A DNA stretch of 64,000 nucleotides from Phormidium sp. (lineage in GTDB: Bacteria; Cyanobacteriota; Cyanobacteriia; Cyanobacteriales; Aerosakkonemataceae), in contig CP143273.1 of NCBI GenBank assembly GCA_051013385.1, forward strand, positions 1,792,001-1,856,000. Direction: 5' to 3'. Both the position numbers and the translations under genes were made by a program. Below are positions 1 through 10,200 of the stretch, piece by piece. The notes below the pieces were generated by a model, which saw only the letters and a list, made by a program, of their open reading frames with translations, had not been told where the DNA came from and searched no databases. The number at the start of each line of letters is the position of its first letter. The first letter of the stretch is position 1.

Positions 1-941
1 AATACAGGTCTTCCTAAAAGTACTGCTTTTGCTCCCAATGCTAAAGCTTTTAAAACATCAGTACCGCGACGAACACCGCCATCGAGCAAAATTTCTACCT
101 TGTCTCCCACCGCTGCGACAACATCAGATAAAGCATCAATAGAAGCGATCGCACCATCCAATTGTCTACCCCCATGATTGGAAACAATTATCGCTTTTGC
201 TCCATATTCTACCGCCCGCAAAGCATCATCGCCTCGCAAGATTCCTTTTAATACTAAAGGTAGAGGCGAAATTGACTGTAACCATTCTAAATCTTCCCAA
301 GTTAAAGCCGGGTTTAGCTGTTCTAAAAAATAGCTAAATAACCCAGATTCACCTTGATGATAAGAAATTTCTAAATCAGTTATACTCGCTAAATTTGCCA
401 GTTCCATTCCTGGAGGTAAAACAAATTGATTGCGTCTGTCTTTTTCTCGTCTCCCTAAAACTGGTGCATCCACAGTTAAGCATAATGCTTGAAAACCTGC
501 TTTGTAAGCCCGTTCTACTAATGCTTTAGTAATTTGGCGATCGCGATGCACGTATAATTGAAACCAGCGCAAACTATCAACCGCCGCCACAGTTTCTAAA
601 GTCTTAGTTGCCAAAGTACTTAATACCATTATTGTTCCCAATTCTCGCGCCGCACAAGCCGTCGCCACCTCTCCTTCAGGATGCGCTAAACACTGAAAAG
701 CCATTGGCGCAATTAAAATTGGCATCGCCAACTTTTGACCGAGAATAGTAGTACTTAAATCTCGGTGACTCACATCCACTAACATTCGCGGACGTAATTT
801 ATACCTATTAAAAGCCGCACGATTATCTTTTAAAGTGACTTCATCCCAAGCCCCACTAGCATAATAATCAAATGCCATTGGCGATAAACGCGCTTGCGCT
901 AGCGGTTCGTATTCAAATAAATTAATAAGTTTAACAGACAT
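1..941 (-). CDS. FMN-dependent alpha-hydroxy-acid oxidase (glycolate/lactate oxidase family), runs off the left edge of the window
   Basis: Manual translation from ATG at 941: MSVKLINLFEYEPLAQARLSPMAFDYYASGAWDEVTLKDNRAAF...LIAPMAFQCLAHPEGE...VSNHGGRQLDG...DGGVRRGTDVLKALALGA. These are the family signature motifs. The ORF is absent from the track because it is open at the edge. Confidence 0.93.
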   Translation of the reverse strand, partial: MSVKLINLFEYEPLAQARLSPMAFDYYASGAWDEVTLKDNRAAFNRYKLRPRMLVDVSHRDLSTTILGQKLAMPILIAPMAFQCLAHPEGEVATACAARELGTIMVLSTLATKTLETVAAVDSLRWFQLYVHRDRQITKALVERAYKAGFQALCLTVDAPVLGRREKDRRNQFVLPPGMELANLASITDLEISYHQGESGLFSYFLEQLNPALTWEDLEWLQSISPLPLVLKGILRGDDALRAVEYGAKAIIVSNHGGRQLDGAIASIDALSDVVAAVGDKVEILLDGGVRRGTDVLKALALGAKAVLLGRPV

Positions 942-1053
942 TCGATTTTAGATTTTAGATTTACCACACAGAATACTGACTATCCAATTGTATCCTGTAA
1001 CGAAAATAAATTTCTGCTAATTTAGAACTGATAGTTATTTGAATCTATAATAT

Positions 1054-1476
1054 ATGTCAAAGATTTTCTTTGCGATCGCTAGCATTGCAACCATTTTTCC
1101 CCTATTCCACGCCATCAGCACTTTCGGTATTGTCCCACCTCAACCACCAACTCAGCAACTAGCTCAACAACCCAATTGTAAAGATCCGCAAACACAAGTA
1201 GAAATTAACACCTGTGCTGGCATAGAATATCAAAATGCTGACAAAAGACTCAATCAAGTCTACCAACAATTAATGCCTAAATTATCAGCCACCAGAAAAC
1301 AAAAACTAATCTTAGCTCAAAGAGCTTGGATTAATTTTCGAGACGCTAATTGCGAATTTGAAAGGAGTCAATTTGAAGGCGGAACAATGGCTCCCGCAGC
1401 CCAAGCTGGTTGTATGGCACAATTAACAAAAGCTCGTACAGCACAGTTAGACCAATACATTGAAGTGGGGTTTTAG
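1054..1476 (+). CDS. LprI/DUF1311 family lysozyme-inhibitor-like secreted protein
   Basis: Signal peptide. The C..PQTQ.EIN.CA...Y..AD..LN..YQ.L......Q..L..AQRAWI.FRD..C pattern is typical of DUF1311. Confidence 0.85.
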   Translation: MSKIFFAIASIATIFPLFHAISTFGIVPPQPPTQQLAQQPNCKDPQTQVEINTCAGIEYQNADKRLNQVYQQLMPKLSATRKQKLILAQRAWINFRDANCEFERSQFEGGTMAPAAQAGCMAQLTKARTAQLDQYIEVGF

Positions 1477-1531
1477 CCCTAGACAATAAATAATATTTCT
1501 GTTCTTTCTTAGAGATCCAACCACAATTTAT

Positions 1532-2062
1532 ATGCAACACAAATCAATTCTGGGATTAGTAGCTACTTGCACCGTTATCAGTAGCAGTTTTTTCACGCTA
1601 ACTTGGCAACCACAAACAGTTTTAGCTCTCACAAACGTTCCAGTACATCAAGTTCTTTCCCCAATTAAAAGAAAGGCAACAGTACCAATATTTATCCCTA
1701 ACAGGTTACCTTTTTCCGAACCAGAAAAAGTCTATTATATCAGCGAAGTAACAGACAAAGGCTACAGCGTTTCATTTAATTATACGCCCGATTGTCAAGG
1801 AACACCTTGTTATATTGGCTCTATTGAAGCTGAAAGAGGGGGAGAATTTATTAAGCCAGAAACAGGAATAACTAAGACATTTAGAAGGGTTAGGTTAGCC
1901 GGAGGAAATACGGGAGTATTCCATAACGGCTGTGGTGCCTATTGTACGGCTACCTTGGAATGGAAACGTCAGGGAATTTTGTATCGAGTAACTGTTAAGA
2001 ATGGAGATGAAAGAGATTTAATTGCGATCGCAAATTCGGCAATTCTATCGGGAAAACGTTAA
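1532..2062 (+). CDS. Secreted hypothetical protein with two Cys pairs
   Basis: N-terminal signal peptide; DCQGTPC and GCGAYC motifs; follows the LprI gene by 55 bp. Confidence 0.7.
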   Translation: MQHKSILGLVATCTVISSSFFTLTWQPQTVLALTNVPVHQVLSPIKRKATVPIFIPNRLPFSEPEKVYYISEVTDKGYSVSFNYTPDCQGTPCYIGSIEAERGGEFIKPETGITKTFRRVRLAGGNTGVFHNGCGAYCTATLEWKRQGILYRVTVKNGDERDLIAIANSAILSGKR

Positions 2063-2155
2063 ATTTTAGCTAAGATAGTTAAGTAAGCGATCGCAAATTT
2101 TCCTTGTGCAGCTAAAGTTAAGAAATTTCGATCGCTCATCTCCTTAATCAACCTC

Positions 2156-3106
2156 TTAGAAAAGTTTTTCCCGTTCCTGCAACTCCTTCAAAAATTGTAT
2201 TGCTACCCTTTCTAACCAGCGATCGTTAATCGGTTCAATAAACTTATCTAAAGGATTCAAATCAACAACATAATCCCCAAATTTAACACCGACTGGTTCT
2301 AAATGTTTACCTGGTATTTCCATTATTACAGGTTGGAAACCATCAGGTAAATTTTTAGATAACAGTTCAATAAACCACAAAACATCACTTTCTTTTTGCT
2401 GATTTGGCGGTTTATTAATATCATTTTTATTTCCAGCAATAGTATCCTTATCAAAGGAAATCAACGCTGTCAAATTAAACAACTTACTGCGGTTGATAAA
2501 ATCTTGAGTTTCTTTCCTAGTTGGTTTAACTCCTAATCCAATATCGTCTAATAAATGCGCTATTGCTGGTACAGGAATTGCACTTTCAGTATCACTAATA
2601 TCTGGTGCCATTAACAAAGAAGCTTGTCCTTTAATAGATACTTTTTCCCTACCAATTATAGATTCAACCACATTTTTAATTCTTTCTATTCGGGAATTAC
2701 CTACACAATCACCAACAATTTGTTCCCAATTTGGATCGCTCAAAAATTCTAGCATTGCGACATATTTGCAACCTAAACTATGAGCCACCCAAAGATAATT
2801 AGATTTCTCTTGATAAACATGATATTCATAACCTTGCCTTTGGGCAATTTGGATCAACTCTTTACTAATTACTTCTTGCTCTTTTAATAGACTAACAGCG
2901 ATCGGCCAATGACGAAAGCTAAACCGAAAAGGCAAAGCAATAATTGTATATCCCTCAGCAAACAGTTGGCTAAGAAAATACCGATAAAACAAAGTCGGAA
3001 AAGTACCAAAAAAAGCCCCACCAATAAATTGTACTACTCCTTTAGGATTTGGATGAATAGCAACCCAACTAGAAGAAATCGGCTGAAATTTGAATACTGC
3101 TTGCAT
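2156..3106 (-). CDS. DUF1350 family alpha/beta hydrolase-fold protein
   Basis: PKGVVQFIGGAFFGTFP, nucleophile-elbow AHSLGCK, and C-terminal GKHLEP His motif. Confidence 0.85.
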   Translation of the reverse strand: MQAVFKFQPISSSWVAIHPNPKGVVQFIGGAFFGTFPTLFYRYFLSQLFAEGYTIIALPFRFSFRHWPIAVSLLKEQEVISKELIQIAQRQGYEYHVYQEKSNYLWVAHSLGCKYVAMLEFLSDPNWEQIVGDCVGNSRIERIKNVVESIIGREKVSIKGQASLLMAPDISDTESAIPVPAIAHLLDDIGLGVKPTRKETQDFINRSKLFNLTALISFDKDTIAGNKNDINKPPNQQKESDVLWFIELLSKNLPDGFQPVIMEIPGKHLEPVGVKFGDYVVDLNPLDKFIEPINDRWLERVAIQFLKELQEREKLF

Positions 3107-3324
3107 GGTTATTTCAGGTTATTAGGTTAATGCTTTTCAGACAATTGCTCAAAATATTTTACATTTTAATTACCTACACTCCGCCTAATTTACCAAGTTG
3201 AATTATTTTAAAATAGGCGGCAGTGCAGGCAAAAAAATGTAACTTAATTAAACGGGTAACTGGGACAATAAAAACTCAAAAATCTACCCTAATAAGACTA
3301 ACTTTATTTAACTAAATTACACTT

Positions 3325-4002
3325 TTACTGAGCCACAGAACGCTGTTCTAACTCTTTTATTTGTTCTGCCATCATCCCGATCATTTCCTGCATCTCACTA
3401 GCAGAAATAGAAACATCAAATGTCTTACCATTAGTAGCAGGAGTTATAACTGGTGGAATTACAAGTGACTTCAGCTGATAGAGACTGCTACCATTGGCTG
3501 TTGGTAGAGCATAAGCTAACTGATCGAAATCAGGAATAGCAGCAGCTAGATTTTGAGGCAAGAAAGTTCCGCGATGTTCAGGAGTCAGTAACAAATTATA
3601 ATCTTGCCCGAATAAACTAGAGCGGAAAACTTCCACATAACCACGAATTTCTAGCTTTTTATCTGCTATTACACCAGCAGCAGTTAAGTCAGGCAATAAA
3701 CTAAATAAAATCGTATCATTGCCAGGAACAGTGAGGTTAAAATTGAACTTCCTTGGATCGGGAGTAGCAATCAAATCACCCTTAACATCCGCGCCATTGA
3801 CATCGAGAAAAGTGGCAGTTTTTGAAAGGTCTATGTTAGGTGCATTTGCCGTAAATTGCAACCGCAAGTTAGCCGGAATATTACCAGTATTAGCAATAGT
3901 CAAAAAGTAACCTTGCACAACAGTTCGCGCCACAGCCGCAGGGCCAGCACCAGCAGGGGCAATAGGTTTAACCAACAATTCAAAAGTAGAAACTAAAGCC
4001 AT
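3325..4002 (-). CDS. Hypothetical protein
   Basis: 225-aa ORF with normal composition, co-oriented upstream of the DUF1350 gene. No family recognised. Confidence 0.7.
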   Translation of the reverse strand: MALVSTFELLVKPIAPAGAGPAAVARTVVQGYFLTIANTGNIPANLRLQFTANAPNIDLSKTATFLDVNGADVKGDLIATPDPRKFNFNLTVPGNDTILFSLLPDLTAAGVIADKKLEIRGYVEVFRSSLFGQDYNLLLTPEHRGTFLPQNLAAAIPDFDQLAYALPTANGSSLYQLKSLVIPPVITPATNGKTFDVSISASEMQEMIGMMAEQIKELEQRSVAQ

Positions 4003-4128
4003 GATTTAACCTTCCGTAAATTGAGTTTTATCTGGTAAACAAACCCTTAATTTCTTTAGGTTTGTTCCCTTAACAAATCTATTGTGGAAGAAATCATTAA
4101 GACTCAGCAGTACCCTTGAGGGTACTCT

Positions 4129-4220
4129 TGGGAGATGGGGAGATGGGGAGGTGGGGAGGTGGGGAGAAATTGAAGCAACAAACTCCCCCCATTCCCCCAT
4201 CCCCCTACCTCCCTACCTCT
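4129..4220. repeat. Short tandem repeats (GGGAGATGG-like 9-mers) followed by inverted C-rich copies (STRR-type)
   Basis: gggagatggggagatgggggaggtggggaggtggggag ... ccccccattcccccatccccct. Confidence 0.75.
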
Positions 4221-4314
4221 TCAGCCTTCTGCCTGCAAAATGTAAGTCAGAGGGTCACGCACTGAGGTAGTCTAGATCAAGTGATTTGATACGCTCCTTT
4301 GACAAGATTGCTTT

Positions 4315-5280
4315 ATGTCCCCTGCTGTTTCCAGTCCCCCGCGCATTATCCGTATTGCCTCTCGCAAAAGTCAACTTGCCCTCGTGCAAACCTACTGGGT
4401 GCAAGAACAACTCCAGAAACACTTCCCTGAGAGAACCTTTGAAGTACACACCATGAGTACCCAAGGCGACAAAATCTTAGATGTTGCCTTAGCCAAAATT
4501 GGTGATAAAGGACTATTTACCAAAGAACTAGAACTGGGAATGATTAACCAGGAGACAGACTTTGCGGTTCATTCCTTGAAAGACTTGCCCACTAGACTAC
4601 CAGAAGGCTTGATTTTAGGCTGCGTTACCGAAAGGGAAAACCCTGCCGATGCTTTGGTAGTGCATGAAAAATTCAAAGATAAGCAACTGGAAACCTTACC
4701 CGAAGGCGCAGTGGTAGGAACATCTTCCCTGCGACGGTTAGCACAGTTGCGCCATCGCTTCCCTTATTTGACATTTAAAGACATTCGGGGGAACTTGAAT
4801 ACCCGACTGGCGAAATTAGATGCTGGGGAGTTCGATGCCATAATTTTAGCAGTGGCGGGTTTACAAAGATTGGGAATGGCCGATCGCATTCACCAAGTCA
4901 TCCCCGCCGAAATTTCCCTCCACGCCGTCGGACAAGGTGCTCTAGGCATCGAATGCCGTAGCGATGATCCCGAAGTTCTCTCCCTGATCAAAGTATTAGA
5001 ACACACACCAACCGCGCAACGTTGCTACGCCGAACGCGCCTTCTTGCGGGAACTAGAAGGTGGTTGTCAAGTACCCATTGGTGTTAACACCGTCATTGAA
5101 GGCGAACAACTTACCCTCACCGGAGTAGTTGCCAGCTTAGATGGTCAAAAATTAGTCAAAGATAGCATTACCGGAAATGCTACCGAAGCCGAACAACTGG
5201 GAACGCAACTGGCAAACAATTTGCGCCAACAGGGAGCCGCAGAAATTTTAGCAGAAATATTCGCTGAAGTCGGACGGTAA
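4315..5280 (+). CDS. hemC: Hydroxymethylbilane synthase (porphobilinogen deaminase)
   Basis: [56 protein letters not shown]. Confidence 0.98.
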   Translation: MSPAVSSPPRIIRIASRKSQLALVQTYWVQEQLQKHFPERTFEVHTMSTQGDKILDVALAKIGDKGLFTKELELGMINQETDFAVHSLKDLPTRLPEGLILGCVTERENPADALVVHEKFKDKQLETLPEGAVVGTSSLRRLAQLRHRFPYLTFKDIRGNLNTRLAKLDAGEFDAIILAVAGLQRLGMADRIHQVIPAEISLHAVGQGALGIECRSDDPEVLSLIKVLEHTPTAQRCYAERAFLRELEGGCQVPIGVNTVIEGEQLTLTGVVASLDGQKLVKDSITGNATEAEQLGTQLANNLRQQGAAEILAEIFAEVGR

Positions 5281-5292
5281 GATATTAAAGTG

Positions 5293-5345
5293 ATGAGTTA
5301 TGAGTTTTGAATTAACTTAAAACTCATAACTTAAAACTCAAAACT
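5293..5345. repeat. Heptamer tandem/inverted repeats (TGAGTTA/TAACTCA-like, STRR-type)
   Basis: atgagttatgagttttgaattaacttaaaactcataacttaaaactcaaaact. Confidence 0.6.
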
Positions 5346-5412
5346 TTCTAGATACAGTATTCTTTCTTGCTAAACTTCTGTAACGAACTATTTCAGGCAA
5401 CCCCAAAAAAAA

Positions 5413-6819
5413 ATGCGGATTCTATTTGTTGCAGCTGAAGCAGCCCCCCTAGCAAAAATAGGCGGTATGGGGGATGTCGTCGGTGCCCTGCCCAAAGTCC
5501 TCAGAAAAATGGGGCATGACGTTCGGCTTTTTATGCCTTACTATGGCTTCTTGCCGGACAAAATGGACATTCCCAAAGCCCCGATATGGAACGGCAATGC
5601 TATGGGGCAAAACTTCGCTGTCTATGAGACTCTCTTCCCCAACAGCGATGTTCCTTTGTATTTATTCGGTCATCCAGCATTCTGGCCCCGACGGATTTAT
5701 TTTGGAGAAGATGAAGACTGGCGGTTTACCCTGTTTTCCAATGGCGCAGCCGAGTTTGCCTGGAACTACTGGAAACCAGATATTATTCACTGCCATGACT
5801 GGCATACGGGTATGATTCCAGTGTGGATGAACGAAGACCCGACTATTAAAACAGTGTTCACTATTCACAACTTGGCATATCAAGGCCCTTGGCGCTGGCG
5901 TTTGGAGCAAATTACCTGGTGCCCTTGGTATATGCAAGGTGATAACACGATGGCAGCAGCAATTCTGTTTGCTGACAAAGTGAATACAGTTTCTCCTACT
6001 TATGCCGATCAAATCAAGACTCCTGCTCACGGTGAGCGGATGGAAGGTTTGTTATCTTATGTCAGTGGCAAGTTAAGCGGTATTCTGAACGGCATTGATA
6101 CTACTAGTTACGACCCTGCTACAGACAAACACATAGCCAGAAACTTCTCAGTCGATAATATTGAAGAACGCCGCTTCAACAAAGTTGCTCTCCAAGAAGA
6201 GGTCGGTTTGGAAGTGAATGCTAATGCCTTTTTACTTGGCTTGGTGTCGCGGTTGGTAGAACAGAAGGGTATCGATCTGATGATTCAGATTTTAGACCGC
6301 TTCATGTCCTATACAGATTCTCAGTTTATCCTTTTGGGTTTGGGCGATCCCTACTACGAAAACCAAATGTGGCAAATTGCTTCTCGTTATCGTGGTCGGA
6401 TGTCGGCTTATATCCTGCAAAGTGATTCTTTGGCGAGAAGGGTTTATGCTGGGACGGATGCTTTCTTAATGCCCAGCCGCTTTGAGCCTTGCGGTATTAG
6501 CCAAATGTTGGCTATGCGTTATGGTTCTGTGCCAGTTGTTCGGCGTACTGGTGGTTTGGTTGATACTGTTACCCACCATGAACCAGTGGATCATGCGGGT
6601 ACAGGTTACTGTTTTGACCGCTACGAACCTTTAGACCTTTATACTTGTTTAGTTCGGGCGTGGGAAGCTTTCCGGTACAAGAAGGAATGGCGCGAACTAC
6701 AACAACGTGGAATGCGGATGGATTTCAGTTGGGATAAGTCGGCTTATGAATACGAGAAGTTGTACCAATCTCTTGTCGATCCTTCAACCGATCAACAACC
6801 AGAATTAGCTAATGCTTAA
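5413..6819 (+). CDS. glgA: Glycogen synthase
   Basis: [22 protein letters not shown] (KxGG), [28 protein letters not shown]. Confidence 0.97.
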   Translation: MRILFVAAEAAPLAKIGGMGDVVGALPKVLRKMGHDVRLFMPYYGFLPDKMDIPKAPIWNGNAMGQNFAVYETLFPNSDVPLYLFGHPAFWPRRIYFGEDEDWRFTLFSNGAAEFAWNYWKPDIIHCHDWHTGMIPVWMNEDPTIKTVFTIHNLAYQGPWRWRLEQITWCPWYMQGDNTMAAAILFADKVNTVSPTYADQIKTPAHGERMEGLLSYVSGKLSGILNGIDTTSYDPATDKHIARNFSVDNIEERRFNKVALQEEVGLEVNANAFLLGLVSRLVEQKGIDLMIQILDRFMSYTDSQFILLGLGDPYYENQMWQIASRYRGRMSAYILQSDSLARRVYAGTDAFLMPSRFEPCGISQMLAMRYGSVPVVRRTGGLVDTVTHHEPVDHAGTGYCFDRYEPLDLYTCLVRAWEAFRYKKEWRELQQRGMRMDFSWDKSAYEYEKLYQSLVDPSTDQQPELANA

Positions 6820-6890
6820 AGCTGAGGTGCAGTTGAGCTAATTTCTCTGTCTGTTTTTCTTGACAATTTGACAAAGTTATGTATTTGAGT

Positions 6891-6929
6891 AAGTGCGATC
6901 GCCTTTCGTGGTGCGATCGCACTTTTTTT
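6891..6929 (+). terminator. Rho-independent terminator of glgA whose stem is built from two HIP1 sites
   Basis: AAGTGCGATCGC-ctttcgtggt-GCGATCGCACTT followed by a T-run. Confidence 0.7.
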
Positions 6930-7084
6930 AGAGCCTTTAAAACAGTTGTTCCGGTTTTTTATGAACTTTATCTATTGACATTATAAATAAAGTGTGTTTC
7001 GCCTAATAAATTACATAAGTTTAGCAGTGAATTTGAATTATGTTTTTAGTTTTACTGTTTATGAACTAATAATTTGCAGAGAAC

Positions 7085-7138
7085 CCTTGTAGAGACGTTG
7101 TATACCTTGTAGAGACGTTGTATACAACGTCTCTACAA
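7085..7138. repeat. REP-like perfect 32-bp palindrome with a tandem duplication of its left arm
   Basis: The 20-mer ccttgtagagacgttgtata occurs at 7085 and 7105. ttgtagagacgttgta|tacaacgtctctacaa spans 7107-7138. Confidence 0.85.
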
Positions 7139-7223
7139 TCTTTGAAAGGAGATGTCTATTGGAAATATGAACTTTATCTATCGACGCTTGAGAGCGGATT
7201 TAAGAAGCTAGAAATATGAAGTA

Positions 7224-10200
7224 ATGAAGCTTCACAAGAGACACCATAAAGTTGCGAGTTGCGATCGCACTTTAGGTGAAATTCTCATGCAACTTTTTCC
7301 ATTCACAACTTCTATAAGTTCTCAAGTTAAGGAAAGACAAATGTTAGAGTTAACCAATAATTCCAATTTTCCCGAAACTATTGATGAAGTTTTTGCAGAA
7401 AAATCCCATCTAGAAAATACAGAATTAGAGGCAGAAAAGCCTACTATTACTAGTTCCAACTCTTCGGGCGATAAATCACTGGAAAGTCAAAAAGGGAATA
7501 GTGTCGAGATACTTTCTAACTCGCTACTGTCAGAAAACAATTCCTTTAAACCAGGAAATAAACCAGATTTTGTCACTGATTTTCCCGGACAAAACCTTTC
7601 TGAATTGGTACTGCCAATTCAAGCTCAAGCTGATTTTGCCGTTACGTCAGTAACAACTACAAGCTACACAGGGGGCAACATCGGGGATGTGATTAATGGG
7701 GTAGACGGATTATTCGATACCCTGCAAAATGCTGTTAATCAAAGGATATTTGGTAACGCACTTCCGATCGTTGGTAATCAACTGCAAAACTCCAACCAAA
7801 GCGAAGTCAATTTTATTAAAGACTTTGAAGATGATGTTCTGGGAAAATTGCGGGAAAAATTGGATGGCATTGGCAACAAAACTCCCGAATTAGTTAGGGA
7901 AGCTTTAGCAGAAGCTTTAGGCAATAACGGTTTGAAGTTGCTGCAAGATGCGAATAACGACGGACAAGTTAACAGCCAAGATATTGGATTAATTCAAACA
8001 GCAGATGATGTCAAATTCGATCTCAAATTAAAGCAATCTGTCAAATCTTTTAACACCTCCCTGGCTAGTAATATCGGAATTCCCGGACTCGGTTTAACAA
8101 CTAATGGCAACGCTCAAGTTGGAATTGGATTTGATTTTAACCTTAAATTTGGCGTACATAAAACAAATGGTTTTTATTTCGATACCTCGGCAACTGACGA
8201 ACTCAAAATCGGTGTCAATGCCTCCACCCCCAATTTAGACGCTACGGGCAAATTGGGATTTTTGCAACTCAACGTTAAAGACAAAGGCAGTCAATTTAAT
8301 AGCACTTTTTCCGTTGACTTAAGAGATGCAGACAATCAACTGAGATTTTCCGAATTACCATCAGTAAACTTAGCCAATTTAGTCAGTGCCAAACTTACTG
8401 GCGGTGCCGATGTCAAACTGGGTTTAGCTACTACCTTTAACGGTTCGACAATCTGGCCTTCCGTCAGTTCAGATTTTAACTTGAACTGGACTTTTAACAA
8501 TGCTTTAGCCGATCCAAGTCAAAATCAAACCTTTGGCAATAGACCAACAGTTGCATTTGATAATGTCAAATTAAATATGGGGTCGTTTTTCAGCAATTTT
8601 GCGCGTCCGGTGCTGGAAAATGTGCAGAAAATTACCCAACCCTTGCAACCTGTTATCGAAGCACTCACCACGCCTATTGACATGGGCGTGAATAAATTTA
8701 CCCTGTTAGATGTTGCCCAACAAATGGGTAAAATCGACCAGAACGATCGCAACTTCATCGAATCAATTTCCCAAGTCGTTCGAGTTGTTAATAGTATCCC
8801 GACTAGCAGCGATTTGTCGATCGATCTAGGCAAATTCAATTTGGGTACAACCGATATTCGCGCCAATAATTTCAACCTCAGCACTGTTAACCCAACTATT
8901 ACCTTACCGACAATTCCCACTCTCAGCCAAATGCCTACAGGCAGTGCCGAAGCGAATTTCGTTAGCAGCTTCAAGAGCATTCCTGGCGCGGGATTGCAAT
9001 TCCCCATATTAGAAGATCCTAAGCAGGCATTTAATTTATTTTTGGGCAAAGATGCCGACCTATTCAAATACGATTTACCGCGATTTGAATTTAACTTTGA
9101 TTACAGTCAAATATTCCCCATCCTTGGGCCCTTATCTGCCGAAATTAAAGGACAAGTTAGCGCCGCTGCTGACGTAGATTTTGGTTACGATACTGCGGGG
9201 CTTCGCCAATTTGGACAAAGCGGCAATGTTGCCGATATTGCCAATGGCTTTTACGTCAACGACCCCACCACACCGGAATTGATGCTCAATGCCAGACTGG
9301 AAGCCTTTGCTGCCATTAATGCAGTATTAGGTTCGGCTGGAGTCGGCGGTGGCATTTACGGCAATATTAACTTCGACCTGAAAGACCCCAACAACGACCA
9401 AAAGGTGAGGTTCAACGAATTAGTCGAACTGCTGCAAAATCCGCTCACCATGTTTGATACTTCTGGGGAACTCAGCGCTGGCTTGACAGCTTATGCGCGG
9501 TTCGGAGTTGACCCCTTTATGCACAGCTTCCAGTATGACAGTCCCAGATTAACCCTACTCAGCTTTGGCAATAATACCGGATCTGGTTCGGGACAACCTC
9601 AGCCAACTTCGGCAACTATTCTCTCTGGGGGAGTTTTGCGGCTGAATATGGGGCCAAATGCGATCGATCGCACTAATGGTAACACTACCGATGGCAGCGA
9701 AGTCTTTAGAATTGCTCGCGTGTCGGGAACTGCTGGGAACGAAACTCTATCCGTAACTGCCTTTAACGTGACGCGAGAGTACAGCGGCATTAGCAAAATT
9801 GTTGCTGATGGGGGCGAAAATGATGACTTAATCGAATTGCACTCAGCTGTTTTGACGGCAGCAGAATTGGCAGGTGGCAAAGGTCAAGATCAGCTGATTG
9901 GCGGTAGCGGCAACGATTCCCTGAACGGCGGTGATGGCTGGGATAAACTGGTAGGTGGCAATGGTAGTGATTCCCTGTTGGGCGGTACTGGTGACGATCT
10001 CCTGGTTGGTGGCGCAGGAGTAGATTTACTCAACGGCGGCGATGGGTTTGATATTGCCAGCTACGAAACGGCTACGGCTGGGGTATTGGTCAATTTAGGA
10101 ACTAATACTGGTACAGGCGATGCCGCAGGTGATATCTTCCAGTCGATCGAACGAGTAGACGGTTCCAACTTTGACGATACCTTAATCGGTGATAGTGGCG

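Noticed and set aside
4006..4270. Short ORFs over the GGGAGATGG repeats
   Set aside because: Repeat-derived low-complexity translations.
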